IMG/VR virus record: IMGVR_UViG_3300023059_000010
Coordinates: 1 to 41,943 of that record
Origin: a virus
Lineage: Duplodnaviria; Caudoviricetes
Strand: one strand, 5' to 3'
Length of the DNA: 41,943 nucleotides
A model generated the notes under the pieces. That model worked only from the letters and a program-made list of their open reading frames with translations, was not told where the DNA came from and did not search any database. Positions 6,781 through 15,835 of the stretch are shown piece by piece (positions within the stretch are counted from its first letter, which is position 1; every line of letters begins with the position of its first letter). The translations under genes were made by a program, and so were the position numbers.

Positions 6781-8424
6781 GTGGCTGAGGTGCTGTTTGG
6801 CAGCGAGGAGCCGCGGATTTGGACGAAGCCGCTGCGTGAGTTGACGCCTGAGACGTCGCTCGGGTTTGAGGTGATTGAGTTTGCGCTCACAGTGCTTGGG
6901 ATCGTGTTGTATCCGTGGCAGAAGTGGTTACTGATTCATGCGCTTGAGCTGTTGCCGAGTGGTGATTATCGGTTTCGCCGTGTGGTGGTGCTTGTTGCTC
7001 GCCAGAACGGGAAGACGCTGCTGGGCTCGGTGTTGACTGCTTGGTGGTTGTTCAAGGATTCGAAGCGGAATCCGAAACGACTGCCTCCGGTGCGATTCAA
7101 GGTCGTTGGTGTTGCGCAGAATCTCGATATTGCTCGGGAGCCGTGGGCTGGCGTGAAGTTGTGGGCTGATCCGAAACCGGAGACGGAGGAGGAGGCGGAT
7201 CTCGCGATCGCCGCGCTGCAGAAGCGGACGGCAAAGGTGGTGGACACGAACGGCAAGGAGTCGATCGTGTGCCGCAATCGTGCGCATTATGAGATTCGTG
7301 CCGCGGGTAACACTCGTGGCAAGCCGGCTGCGCGGGTGCTTATGGATGAGACTCGTGAGCAGACGACGTGGCGAGCGTGGAATGCGGTGTCGCAGACGCT
7401 GAAGAGCTTCGGCAACTTGGGGCAGCTCTGGGCGATCTCGAATGCTGGTGATCCGAATGCGGTTGTGCTGATCGCTCAGCGTGGTGTCGGTCTGAAGTCG
7501 GTGGCGCGCTGGGAAGAGTATGTCGAGTCCGGCATCATGTCGGCTGAGGATTACGCGAACCAGAATGATGTGTCGCTTGGGTTGTTCGAATGGTCGGCGC
7601 CTGATGGGTGCGAGCTGGATGACGTTGAGGCGATCCTGCAGGCGAATCCGTCTGTGGGGCACGGCGAGCTGACGGTTGAGGCGATCCTTTCGGATATGCC
7701 GCCTGCGATGACTGAGGCGGGTTACCGCACTGAGGTGTTGTGCCAGTGGGTGACGGCTCGTGTTGAGCCGCATATCGATCCGACGATGTTCGCTGAGCTG
7801 GCGGATGCGGCTTCGAAGATTGATTGGTCGCGCCCGGTGGCGTGCGCTGTTGACGTTTCGCATGATCGTCAGCGGTCGCATATCGCGGTTGCTGGTTTCC
7901 GCGAGGACGGTCTTGTGCATGTCGAGCTGGTTGCTTCTCGTGCGGGCATGCTTTGGGTGCCTGCTGCTGTTGCCTGGTTGCACACCGAATGGGGTGTGGC
8001 CGCGGTTGCGGTGCAGGGGCGTGGTTGCGCGGCGGGCGAGTTCGCGGAGAAGCTGCGTGAGCTGGTTGATGAGCAACTGTTGACGCTCGAGGTGCTTGAG
8101 ATCGTCGGTCCAGCACTTGGTGCGGTTGCAGGCGGGGTCAGGGATCGTGTGCAAGCAGGCACGCTGCGGCATTTGGGTCAAGAGTCGTTGCGCATCGCGG
8201 TCGAGGGCGGCATGGCGAAGCACTTGAACGAGGTCATGGTCTTCGATCGCGCAAATTCGCCGGTCGATGTGTCGCCGCTGATTGCTGAGGCCGAGGCGCT
8301 GTGGGCGCTAGAGCATTTGCCGGAGCTTGATGAGGCGCCGCCTCCGCCGCCGGCGGCAGGTGTGTTGCTGGTCGAGCACGAGCGGGGCGGTAGCGAGGTG
8401 AATCTCGCTGTCGCTTCTTTCTGA
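6781..8424 (+). CDS. Terminase large subunit
   Basis: YPWQKW, Walker A VARQNGKT, Walker B VLMDE, ANPS, nuclease AVDVS...VDVSPLIA. Confidence 0.95.
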   Translation: MAEVLFGSEEPRIWTKPLRELTPETSLGFEVIEFALTVLGIVLYPWQKWLLIHALELLPSGDYRFRRVVVLVARQNGKTLLGSVLTAWWLFKDSKRNPKRLPPVRFKVVGVAQNLDIAREPWAGVKLWADPKPETEEEADLAIAALQKRTAKVVDTNGKESIVCRNRAHYEIRAAGNTRGKPAARVLMDETREQTTWRAWNAVSQTLKSFGNLGQLWAISNAGDPNAVVLIAQRGVGLKSVARWEEYVESGIMSAEDYANQNDVSLGLFEWSAPDGCELDDVEAILQANPSVGHGELTVEAILSDMPPAMTEAGYRTEVLCQWVTARVEPHIDPTMFAELADAASKIDWSRPVACAVDVSHDRQRSHIAVAGFREDGLVHVELVASRAGMLWVPAAVAWLHTEWGVAAVAVQGRGCAAGEFAEKLRELVDEQLLTLEVLEIVGPALGAVAGGVRDRVQAGTLRHLGQESLRIAVEGGMAKHLNEVMVFDRANSPVDVSPLIAEAEALWALEHLPELDEAPPPPPAAGVLLVEHERGGSEVNLAVASF

Positions 8425-8438
8425 TGTGAGGAGGTGCG

Positions 8439-9950
8439 ATGGCTGAGCTTGGGTATCAGGTCGAGTTGCCGGGTTGGGCGCACTTCGCGACAGATCCGGC
8501 GGAGAAGAATCCGGATCTGCAGCACCCGCATTCGATTGATGTGTTTGATCAGATGCGTTCTGAGGATTCGCAGGTTGGGTCGGTGCTGCGTGCGGTGACT
8601 CTTCCGATTCGTGCGGGGAAGTGGCAGCTCGATTGCGAGGGTGTTGATCCGCGGGTTGCGGCTCTGGTCTCGGAGGATCTGGGTCTGCCGATCAAGGGGC
8701 AAGAGTTCAAGCAGCCTGCGCGGGCGCGGGATCGCTTTTCCTGGGATGAGCATTTGCGCTTGGCGCTGCTGTCGCTGGTGTACGGGCATTCGTTCTTCGA
8801 GCAGGTGTACCGCTTCGATGAAGCTGCCGCACTGTACCGGCTGCGGAAGCTTGCCTGGCGACCTCCGCGGTCAATCTCGAAGATCGAGGTTGCGCGCGAC
8901 GGCGGTCTCGTCGGCATCAGACAGTACGGTGTCGATCCTCTGCTTGGAGTCAATCGGCTTGTTGCGTATGTGAACGAGCGAGAGGGCGGTAACTGGGTCG
9001 GCCGGTCTGTGCTTCGCACGGCGTACAAGAACTGGTTGCTGAAGGATCGCATTCTGCGCACTCAGGCGCTCACCGTTGACAGAAATGGTCTCGGTGTGCC
9101 GGTGTATACGGGTGCGCCGCTGCCTGAGGGCAAGGCTCGGATGGCTGCGGCTGATGTTGAGCGGTGGCGAGAGTCTGAGAAGGACTCGGGGTTGGCGCTC
9201 GCCCGCGGGTTTCGTGCGGGCGAGACTGCTGGTGCGTCGATCCCTGCAGGCTCGAAGCTTGAGCTGATCGGGGTGACGGGCAAGCTGCCCGACACGGACA
9301 AGCCGATTCGCTATCACGACGAGCAGATTGCGCGAGCGGTGCTCGCTCACTTCCTGAATCTCGGCACTGAGACGGGATCGTGGGCGCTCGGGTCGACTTT
9401 TGCGGACTTTTTCACGGGTTCGCTCAACGCGGTTGCGCGATCGATATCTACTGTCTCGCAGCAGCACGTGGTCGAGGATCTCGTTGATTTGAACTTCGGC
9501 GCTGACGTGCCTGCGCCGCGGCTTGAGTGCGAGCCGATTGGTGCGGAGATGCCGGTGACGGCTGAGGCGATTCGTGCGCTGATCGAGTCCGGGGCGATTC
9601 GTCCTGATGACGAGCTGGAGGCGCATGTCCGCGCGCGTTGGGGTCTGCCTGCTTTCGACGCTGCTTCGGGGCGCGGCGAGTCCGTTGAAGCGAACGGCGT
9701 TGCTTCGGATGCGGAACAAGCCTTGTTCGCTGCAACGGCAGCTCAGAAGGTCTATCTGGCTACGGACAAGGTAGTGCTCAATCAGGATGAGGCGCGTGAT
9801 TTGGTTCGTCGCGCTGGAGGCCAATTGATCGGCGATGCGCCGGATACTCAGCGTGTTCCTGACGCCGAGATCGACGTTCCGGCTGTGGATGATTTGCAAA
9901 GTGCTGAGGCCAGAATCGCCGCGGCAAAGGGAGAGGTGGTGTCGGTATGA
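8439..9950 (+). CDS. Portal protein (DUF935/Mu gp29-like)
   Basis: Follows terminase; RBS GAGGAGGT; IRYHDEQIARAVLAHFLNLG...GSWALG motif. Confidence 0.88.
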   Translation: MAELGYQVELPGWAHFATDPAEKNPDLQHPHSIDVFDQMRSEDSQVGSVLRAVTLPIRAGKWQLDCEGVDPRVAALVSEDLGLPIKGQEFKQPARARDRFSWDEHLRLALLSLVYGHSFFEQVYRFDEAAALYRLRKLAWRPPRSISKIEVARDGGLVGIRQYGVDPLLGVNRLVAYVNEREGGNWVGRSVLRTAYKNWLLKDRILRTQALTVDRNGLGVPVYTGAPLPEGKARMAAADVERWRESEKDSGLALARGFRAGETAGASIPAGSKLELIGVTGKLPDTDKPIRYHDEQIARAVLAHFLNLGTETGSWALGSTFADFFTGSLNAVARSISTVSQQHVVEDLVDLNFGADVPAPRLECEPIGAEMPVTAEAIRALIESGAIRPDDELEAHVRARWGLPAFDAASGRGESVEANGVASDAEQALFAATAAQKVYLATDKVVLNQDEARDLVRRAGGQLIGDAPDTQRVPDAEIDVPAVDDLQSAEARIAAAKGEVVSV

Positions 9951-11179
9951 GTGTGGTTGCGCAGTTCTCAGTGGCCGAAGGGCGCACCTTTTGCGAGGTG
10001 CGAGCCTCTGCAGATGATGCGACGGTCGCTGAGGTCGAGATCTATGACGAGATCGGGTTCTGGGGTACGACGGCGGCAGCGTTCGCGCAGTCGATCCGCG
10101 GACTCGAGGTCGATGAGTTGCGTGTACTGCTCAATTCGCCTGGCGGTGATGCGTTCGATGGTCTCGCGATGATGAACGCACTGCGTCGGCACCCGGCGAA
10201 GGTCGTCATTGAGGTTGACGCTTTGGCGGCGTCGGCAGCTTCGGTGATCGCGATGGCTGGTGACGAGATCGTGATGAACCGTGGCGCGCAGTTCATGATC
10301 CATGAGGCTTCTTCGTTTGCGGGTGGCCCGGCGTCGGAGCTGTTGAAGGTCGCGGAGATGCTCGACAAACTTTCGGGCTCGTATGCGGACGCGTACGCGG
10401 CTCGCGCTGGCGGCACTTCTGAGGAGTGGCGCGAGCGAATGTTCGCTGAGACGTGGTTCACCGCTGAGGAGGCGGTTGAGGCGGGTCTGGCGACGACGTG
10501 GGCGGACATGAAGCCGAAGGCTTTGGCGTCTGCTCGCGCGTTTGATCTGTCGAAGTTCCGGTATCAGGGTCGTGCTGCGGCTCCGGCGCCGGTGCTCGGC
10601 GGTGTGGGAGGTTCGGCCTCAGGTGGGTCGACCATGACTAGTAAGGAGAACGCGGTGACGTATGACGAACTGCGGGAAGCTCTTGCGGAACGTCTCGAGG
10701 TCGATGCGGCTGAGGTGACTGACGAGGAGCTGCTGGATGCGCTGGATGAGGCGCTCGGCGTGGAGGAGTCCGAGGAAGAGGGCGAAGGCGGGGGTGAGGG
10801 TGGCGAGGGCGCTGAGGCGACTTCGGCTGCTGCGCCTGTTGCTTCGGCGCTGCCGGCGGGCATGGAGATTATCGACTCGGCAACTCTGGCTGAGCTGCGC
10901 GGTGTCGCTGCTCGTGTGGGTCAGCTCGAGGCAACTGCTGCTGCAGAGCGCCGGGAGGCGGCTTTCGCTGATGCGGTGCGCACTGGGCGCGTGGCTCCTG
11001 CTGCGAAGGCGACCTGGATGGCGCAACTTGAGCAGAACGAGGCGGGCGCGATTGCGCTGCTGAATTCTCTTACTCCGAACACTATTCCGGTGTCGGAGCT
11101 TGGTTTGTCGGATGCGGAGGCGAGCGCAGATGATGCGACGTACAACCGCATCTTTGGCAAGAGCGAAGGGGGTCAGTGA
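9947..11179 (+). CDS. ClpP-type capsid maturation protease fused to scaffolding domain
   Basis: IYDEIG, LNSPGGD, LAASAASVIAMAGD, MIHEA, ETWFTAEEAV; acidic/Ala-rich C-terminal half. Confidence 0.92.
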   Translation: MSVVAQFSVAEGRTFCEVRASADDATVAEVEIYDEIGFWGTTAAAFAQSIRGLEVDELRVLLNSPGGDAFDGLAMMNALRRHPAKVVIEVDALAASAASVIAMAGDEIVMNRGAQFMIHEASSFAGGPASELLKVAEMLDKLSGSYADAYAARAGGTSEEWRERMFAETWFTAEEAVEAGLATTWADMKPKALASARAFDLSKFRYQGRAAAPAPVLGGVGGSASGGSTMTSKENAVTYDELREALAERLEVDAAEVTDEELLDALDEALGVEESEEEGEGGGEGGEGAEATSAAAPVASALPAGMEIIDSATLAELRGVAARVGQLEATAAAERREAAFADAVRTGRVAPAAKATWMAQLEQNEAGAIALLNSLTPNTIPVSELGLSDAEASADDATYNRIFGKSEGGQ

Positions 11180-11529
11180 TGGGTGACTATGTGCCCAAGT
11201 TTGCGCCGGGCGCGGCGGTGACGTTCACTGCTTCGGCTGATGTGATCGGTGGTCGTCTGGTCGAGGTGAGTGGCGATCGCATGGTTGCACACGCGGCGGC
11301 TGACTCGGACTCGATTGCTGGCGTTGCCGCTCGCGACACGAAGGCCGGTGAGTCGGTTCTCGTGTTCGGCTCCGCAGTGCATCGTCTGATCGCTGCAGAC
11401 GCGATTGCTGCGGGCGGCTCGGTATCTGCTGCGGCTGACGGTAAGGCGTCGGCTGCTGGCTCGAACAAGGCGGGTCTCGCCCTCACGTCGGCTGCGGTCG
11501 GCGAAGAGGTCGAGGTTCGCACGATTTAG
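11179..11529 (+). CDS. Capsid decoration/cement protein (DUF2190-like)
   Basis: Small Ala/Gly-rich beta protein between scaffold and capsid; GVAARD..AGE.V.V, AIAAG..V...ADGKA. Confidence 0.75.
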   Translation: MGDYVPKFAPGAAVTFTASADVIGGRLVEVSGDRMVAHAAADSDSIAGVAARDTKAGESVLVFGSAVHRLIAADAIAAGGSVSAAADGKASAAGSNKAGLALTSAAVGEEVEVRTI

Positions 11530-11542
11530 AGAGGGGCGGGTT

Positions 11543-12478
11543 ATGAGTTTCACTTACCCGATCAAGCACCCGCAGGGTGCGGTATCTCCTGAGGATCTAC
11601 AGCTCCTCCTCAAGAGTAAGACGCTGATTGCTCGGCGCCTGGCTGAGCTGACTGGTGAGAAGTTCCTTGCGGACTTCCTGCTGCAGGGTCGCTACGATGC
11701 GGCTGGCGGCGGCGTTTTCTACGAGACCGGCACTGAGTCGCTGTACACCGAGGATGAGCCTGAGGCGATTGAGCCTGGCGGCGAATACTCGCTGACTTCT
11801 CTGGACGAGGGCGCCGCCTCTGCGGCTCGCACTGTCAAGTGGGGCCAGGGGCTTCTGCTCACCGATGAGAAGGTCACTCGTCAGGGCGCTCAGTATGTGA
11901 ATACTGGCCTCCGCCGCGTGGGTAACACGATCATCCGCCACGTCGACCGTACTGCGATGGGTGTCATCGCATCGCGTGTGACCTCGACCGTGACTGCACC
12001 CGGTGGTGCGTGGGATTCGGCTGGTGCTGCGATGCGCCACATTCTCAAGGCACAGAATGAGCGCGCGGATCTCGCGACCGGCCTCGAGCTTGATGTCGTG
12101 GGTCTGACGGGCGATCAGTTTGCTCAGGTTATCGCCATGCTGGTCGATGACAAGGCACTGCCGCGCGAGCAGGCAAACATTGTGCTCTCGGGCTCGCTGC
12201 CGGTGGAAGCTCTCGGTGTCACTTGGGTGACGTCGCCGAACATCACCGGAACTGATCCGTGGCTCTTCGATGTGGAGCAGCTCGGCGGCATGGCTGACGA
12301 GAAGCTCGTGAGCCCGGAGTTCGCTCCTGCAGGGAATACCGGCGTTGAGGCGTCGAGTATCCGAAAGGACGGCGGCGAGAAGGACGGGTGGCTGCTTCGC
12401 GGTCGCCGTGTCACGGTGCCGATCGTTGTCGAGCCGATGGCGGGCGCGCGCCTGACCGGATCGGGGCTGGCACCGTGA
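11543..12478 (+). CDS. Major capsid protein
   Basis: 311 aa in capsid position; EAIEPGGEY, KWGQG...TDE, VPIVVEP motifs; ATG after GAGGGG. Confidence 0.85.
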   Translation: MSFTYPIKHPQGAVSPEDLQLLLKSKTLIARRLAELTGEKFLADFLLQGRYDAAGGGVFYETGTESLYTEDEPEAIEPGGEYSLTSLDEGAASAARTVKWGQGLLLTDEKVTRQGAQYVNTGLRRVGNTIIRHVDRTAMGVIASRVTSTVTAPGGAWDSAGAAMRHILKAQNERADLATGLELDVVGLTGDQFAQVIAMLVDDKALPREQANIVLSGSLPVEALGVTWVTSPNITGTDPWLFDVEQLGGMADEKLVSPEFAPAGNTGVEASSIRKDGGEKDGWLLRGRRVTVPIVVEPMAGARLTGSGLAP

Positions 12479-12870
12479 GCGAAGTGAAGCCTGGCAAGGG
12501 CAAGTACAAGGTCACGGGCTATGTGGCCGTGGTGCGTGTGCTCGATGGTTCGGAGCGGTATCTGTACAAGGGTGCCGTGTTCGATGCGTCGCAGGCCGAT
12601 GCCGTGTCGGTGAAGCATCTGCTGGAGGTCGACCTGATCTCGAAGGTGGCGGAGCGTGCGCCGGCTGTTGATGCCGCTGCTCGCGCTGCTGCTGAGGCAA
12701 AGGCCAAGGCTGAGGCTGAGGCTGATGCGGCTGCTGCTGCAGCCAAGGCCGAAGCGGAGGCCGCTGCAAAGGTGGAAGCGGAAGCTGCTGCCGAGGCTGC
12801 TGCCGCGGAGAAGGCGAAGGCTGATGAAGCCGCCGCCGCGAAGGCTACCGCGGCCAAAGCAGCCAAGTGA
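12475..12870 (+). CDS. Hypothetical virion-associated protein with Ala/Glu/Lys-rich tail
   Basis: GTGA overlap with capsid stop; YLYKGAV..., C-terminal (AEAKA)n low complexity. Confidence 0.7.
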   Translation: MSEVKPGKGKYKVTGYVAVVRVLDGSERYLYKGAVFDASQADAVSVKHLLEVDLISKVAERAPAVDAAARAAAEAKAKAEAEADAAAAAAKAEAEAAAKVEAEAAAEAAAAEKAKADEAAAAKATAAKAAK

Positions 12871-12885
12871 TGAGAGGGGGCGATC

Positions 12886-13269
12886 GTGATCGAAGCGTCT
12901 GACCTGCCTGGTGTGCCGGGAGATCTGGCGAATCAGGTGATTTCGGCGGCGGTCGCGATCGCTCCCTGCATCGATTCTTTCCCGAAAGACTTGGAGGGAG
13001 ATCCGCGCCGCGAGCGAGCCGTGTCGGTTCTCCGGGGCGTGGCGAAGTTCGCGCGTTCGCGCGGGTCGGCCACGGTGAAGGCGCAGCGCGCCGGTTCGGC
13101 ATCGGTCGACTATGGCGATTCGGGATCTTGGTTTTCTGATGATGACCGCAACTCGCTTGCGGCATTGTGTGCGGGCTGTAAGTCGCCCGCCGGGTTGCCT
13201 GTTGGTCGTTTCCCGAAGCCTGGCGTGGTTTCGAGGGTGTGGCCGGAGGTGATGGCTGATGGAGCTTGA
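12886..13269 (+). CDS. Head-to-tail adaptor
   Basis: IAPCI...AVSVLRG...AG.ASVDY...DRNSL..LC; synteny. Confidence 0.75.
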   Translation: MIEASDLPGVPGDLANQVISAAVAIAPCIDSFPKDLEGDPRRERAVSVLRGVAKFARSRGSATVKAQRAGSASVDYGDSGSWFSDDDRNSLAALCAGCKSPAGLPVGRFPKPGVVSRVWPEVMADGA

Positions 13270-13621
13270 TGGCTCGGTGAAGCTGTTTCGCCGCTCCGCA
13301 GTTGTGGATCCGTACACCCGTGGCAGACCGGCGACGGTGCCGGGTTCGTGGGAGTCGGCGGCGACGTCTGTGCTTGAGGGTGCTTGGGTTGATGAGGTCT
13401 CGGTGTCTCCGATTGGTGGTGACGATCGGGTCGGATCGCTTACATCAGCAACGTTGCGCGTTGAAGCAGGGGCTGATGTGCGGAAGGGCGATGGGATATC
13501 TCGAGATCCAATGGCGCTCGAGCCTGAGTTCGTGATTGAGCTTGTGCCGTTCACGCCGCGCAATCCATTCACGGGGTACGCGCCTCTTCTCGAGGTGCCG
13601 TTGAGAGGGGCACGGGGCTGA
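13259..13621 (+). CDS. Head-to-tail stopper
   Basis: DPY...W, NPFTG..P..EV.L motifs; synteny. Confidence 0.7.
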   Translation: MELDGSVKLFRRSAVVDPYTRGRPATVPGSWESAATSVLEGAWVDEVSVSPIGGDDRVGSLTSATLRVEAGADVRKGDGISRDPMALEPEFVIELVPFTPRNPFTGYAPLLEVPLRGARG

Positions 13622-13905
13622 TGGCTGGGATGGAAGACATTGAGATCCCTTCGCAGTTCTTCGAAGCTCTTGGGCGGTCTGCTGAGGTGGAGGCCGCGGT
13701 GACGGGTATCGCGGAGGATGGGGCGGCTGTTGCCCGATCAACTGCACCTGTGGATACCGGCGACTATCAGCGAGGGATCGGTGTCGAGGTGCGCCGTGGG
13801 AGTGGTCGCACTGTTGCCCGGATTGTCGCTCGTGATCCGAAGTCGCTTCTGGTTGAGGCGAAGACAGGGAATTTGCAGCGTGCTGGTAGGGCGGTGTCTC
13901 GATGA
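13621..13905 (+). CDS. HK97 gp10-like neck protein
   Basis: ARSTAPVDTGDYQRGI...LLVEAKTGNL.RA. Confidence 0.75.
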   Translation: MAGMEDIEIPSQFFEALGRSAEVEAAVTGIAEDGAAVARSTAPVDTGDYQRGIGVEVRRGSGRTVARIVARDPKSLLVEAKTGNLQRAGRAVSR

Positions 13906-14333
13906 CTGCGGTGATCATGCCTGATCTGACGGAGTGGCTCGTTGACTGGCTCTATGAGCAGCTCGAAGCGCGACCTGAACCGTTTGCGAGTGGCGTTGTG
14001 GTCTCGAACCGCGAGCCGGACGCCGCCTCAGAAGACTTTCCGAAGCGCCTGGTGGTGATCGGCGACTCAGGGGCGACTGACCGGGAGCTTTTGCTGGCTG
14101 ATGCGTCGGTGCGTGTTTCGACGCTTGCGGGCTCGAAAGAAGCGCCGAAGGAGTGCGGGGATCTCGCGCGGCTTGTGCACGCGCTGATCCGCGATTGTGC
14201 GCGGGCTGAGCAGGGAAATCCTGTTGCGCGGGTGCTCGCGTCTCGCGGCCCGATGAGCGTTCTCGAGGATCATCCTCGAGCGCGACGGCTATCGACGTTC
14301 GATATTGCCGTAGTGGGGAGCCAGCTCGTCTGA
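13902..14333 (+). CDS. Tail terminator
   Basis: Position before major tail gene; V.V.NREP...LVVI.DSG. Confidence 0.7.
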   Translation: MTAVIMPDLTEWLVDWLYEQLEARPEPFASGVVVSNREPDAASEDFPKRLVVIGDSGATDRELLLADASVRVSTLAGSKEAPKECGDLARLVHALIRDCARAEQGNPVARVLASRGPMSVLEDHPRARRLSTFDIAVVGSQLV

Positions 14334-14349
14334 GCGTGGTTTTTCTTTC

Positions 14350-14381
14350 AGCCTCCAGCACCCGCTGGGGGCTTTTCTTTT
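14350..14381 (+). terminator. Intrinsic terminator-like hairpin inside the late operon
   Basis: AGCCTCCAGC-ACCC-GCTGGGGGCT followed by TTTCTTTT. Confidence 0.65.
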
Positions 14382-14400
14382 GGAGTGATTGGAGGCGGCT

Positions 14401-14982
14401 GTGGCTGTCGATGAGAACGGTAACGATCTGGGAGCTGTCGGCATTGTCCTGACGGGCACGGCTGCTCTCGCTCCGTTTGGTACTGCGGTGCCTGCCCCGG
14501 CGGCGGGTGCGGCGCGAGATCTCGTGCTTGATCCGTTGTACAAGGGTCTGGGTCTTCGCACCGAGGACGGTGGACCTCAGTGGGCGTGGGAGGCGGATGG
14601 TGATCCGCTCAAGTTCTACGAGGACGGATATTCGGTTCCGACTGGCCTCGCGAATGTGACTTGCGTGATGACGCTCGCGCAGACCGATCCGTGGGTGCGT
14701 GAGGTGATCTCGGGCAAGAAGCCTGATGCGAACGGGTATATCTCGTTCGACGGCGGCGGGCATGCGACGCGCTATGTGCTCTTCACTGAGGAGCTGTTCA
14801 AGGATCTTCGCATTCGTCGCCGTGTGGCTGGCCTGGTCACTGTTCAGGCGGTGGCTGAGGCGAAGCATGAGCGCGGCGCTGTTCTCTCGTACGAGGTGAC
14901 GTTCAAGATCGAGCGCTCTGCGGCGGTTGGTGGCGGGCACTTCGGCGAGTGGGTGATCCCGGCGGAGCCGGAAGCTCCGTAG
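14401..14982 (+). CDS. Major tail protein
   Basis: GTG after GGAGG; LGLRTEDGGPQW...YEVTF; precedes chaperones and tape measure. Confidence 0.85.
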   Translation: MAVDENGNDLGAVGIVLTGTAALAPFGTAVPAPAAGAARDLVLDPLYKGLGLRTEDGGPQWAWEADGDPLKFYEDGYSVPTGLANVTCVMTLAQTDPWVREVISGKKPDANGYISFDGGGHATRYVLFTEELFKDLRIRRRVAGLVTVQAVAEAKHERGAVLSYEVTFKIERSAAVGGGHFGEWVIPAEPEAP

Positions 14983-15063
14983 GTCGGAGCGATGAGTGGG
15001 TGGCGTGTTCTGGGCGCGCCGCCCACTTCCCATTTCCCCAGGTTGAAAGGTAAGGGCTGAGAT

Positions 15064-15447
15064 TTGACAACGAAGACAACTGCGAAGACCGCTCCGGCGA
15101 AGAAGCCAGCGGCGAAGAAAGCGCCGGTGCCGGCGTCGAAGAATGCGCCGCGGTATCAGGTCGTGGATGACGTGTTCGTGTGGCTCGGTGATGGGTCGGC
15201 GGATCCGATCAGGATCCCGCTGCGAATCAAGACGAAGCTGCTGCGCACAATAATGCGTCTTGAGAAGGACGGGGGCGCCGAGGAGCTGGATCAGTTGTTC
15301 GCGCTGCTCGATGGTGTTGGTGATCAGGAGTCGATCGCTGCGATCGATGAGCAGTGGTTCGAGGAGACTGGCGAACTGGTTGAGGCGTACTTCACTGAGT
15401 TTCAGGTGAAGCACAAGGCAACGCCGGGGGAATCTTCGGGCTCCTAA
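15064..15447 (+). CDS. Tail assembly chaperone (G)
   Basis: Between major tail and tape measure; ends TPGESSGS with slippery GGGGGAA at 15426-15432. Confidence 0.85.
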   Translation: MTTKTTAKTAPAKKPAAKKAPVPASKNAPRYQVVDDVFVWLGDGSADPIRIPLRIKTKLLRTIMRLEKDGGAEELDQLFALLDGVGDQESIAAIDEQWFEETGELVEAYFTEFQVKHKATPGESSGS

Positions 15448-15815
15448 CGCTGAGCGATGAGCACGGTGACGCGCTGCGGTTCGATTTCCGCGCACGTCTG
15501 GGCTTGTCGTGGGATGCGGTGGGAGTCGAGTTCTCGTGGGGCGAGGCGATCGCCTTTGTGAATCGTCTGCGGCTCGATATGGGGTCGCATATTTTCGCGA
15601 GCTTGGCGGGGTGGGCGTGGCCTGCGTCGTACGGCGAGCTTGTGGGGGCGCTGCATTATGCGGCGTTCCTGTCTGTGCATACGGATGAAAAGAAGGGGCG
15701 GGCGCCGGTGGTGCCGTTCCCGTGGTCGGCCTCTGGTGCTGACGAGGTGGTTACCGCGGAGGAGCGGCGTGTGGCTGAGGAGTACCTCGCTGCGCGGTCG
15801 GCTATTCGCGGGTGA
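15064..15815 (+). CDS. Tail assembly chaperone G-T, -1 programmed frameshift product
   Basis: The -1 frame from GGGGGAA reads GIFGLLTLSDEHGDALRFDFRARLGLSW... without a stop into ORF 15504-15815. Confidence 0.8.
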
Positions 15816-15835
15816 GTTGAGGGGGTGGCTGCGCC

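Noticed and set aside
12124-15495. Long minus-strand ORFs (482 and 526 aa)
   Set aside because: Antisense shadows of well-supported structural genes in high-GC DNA; no motifs
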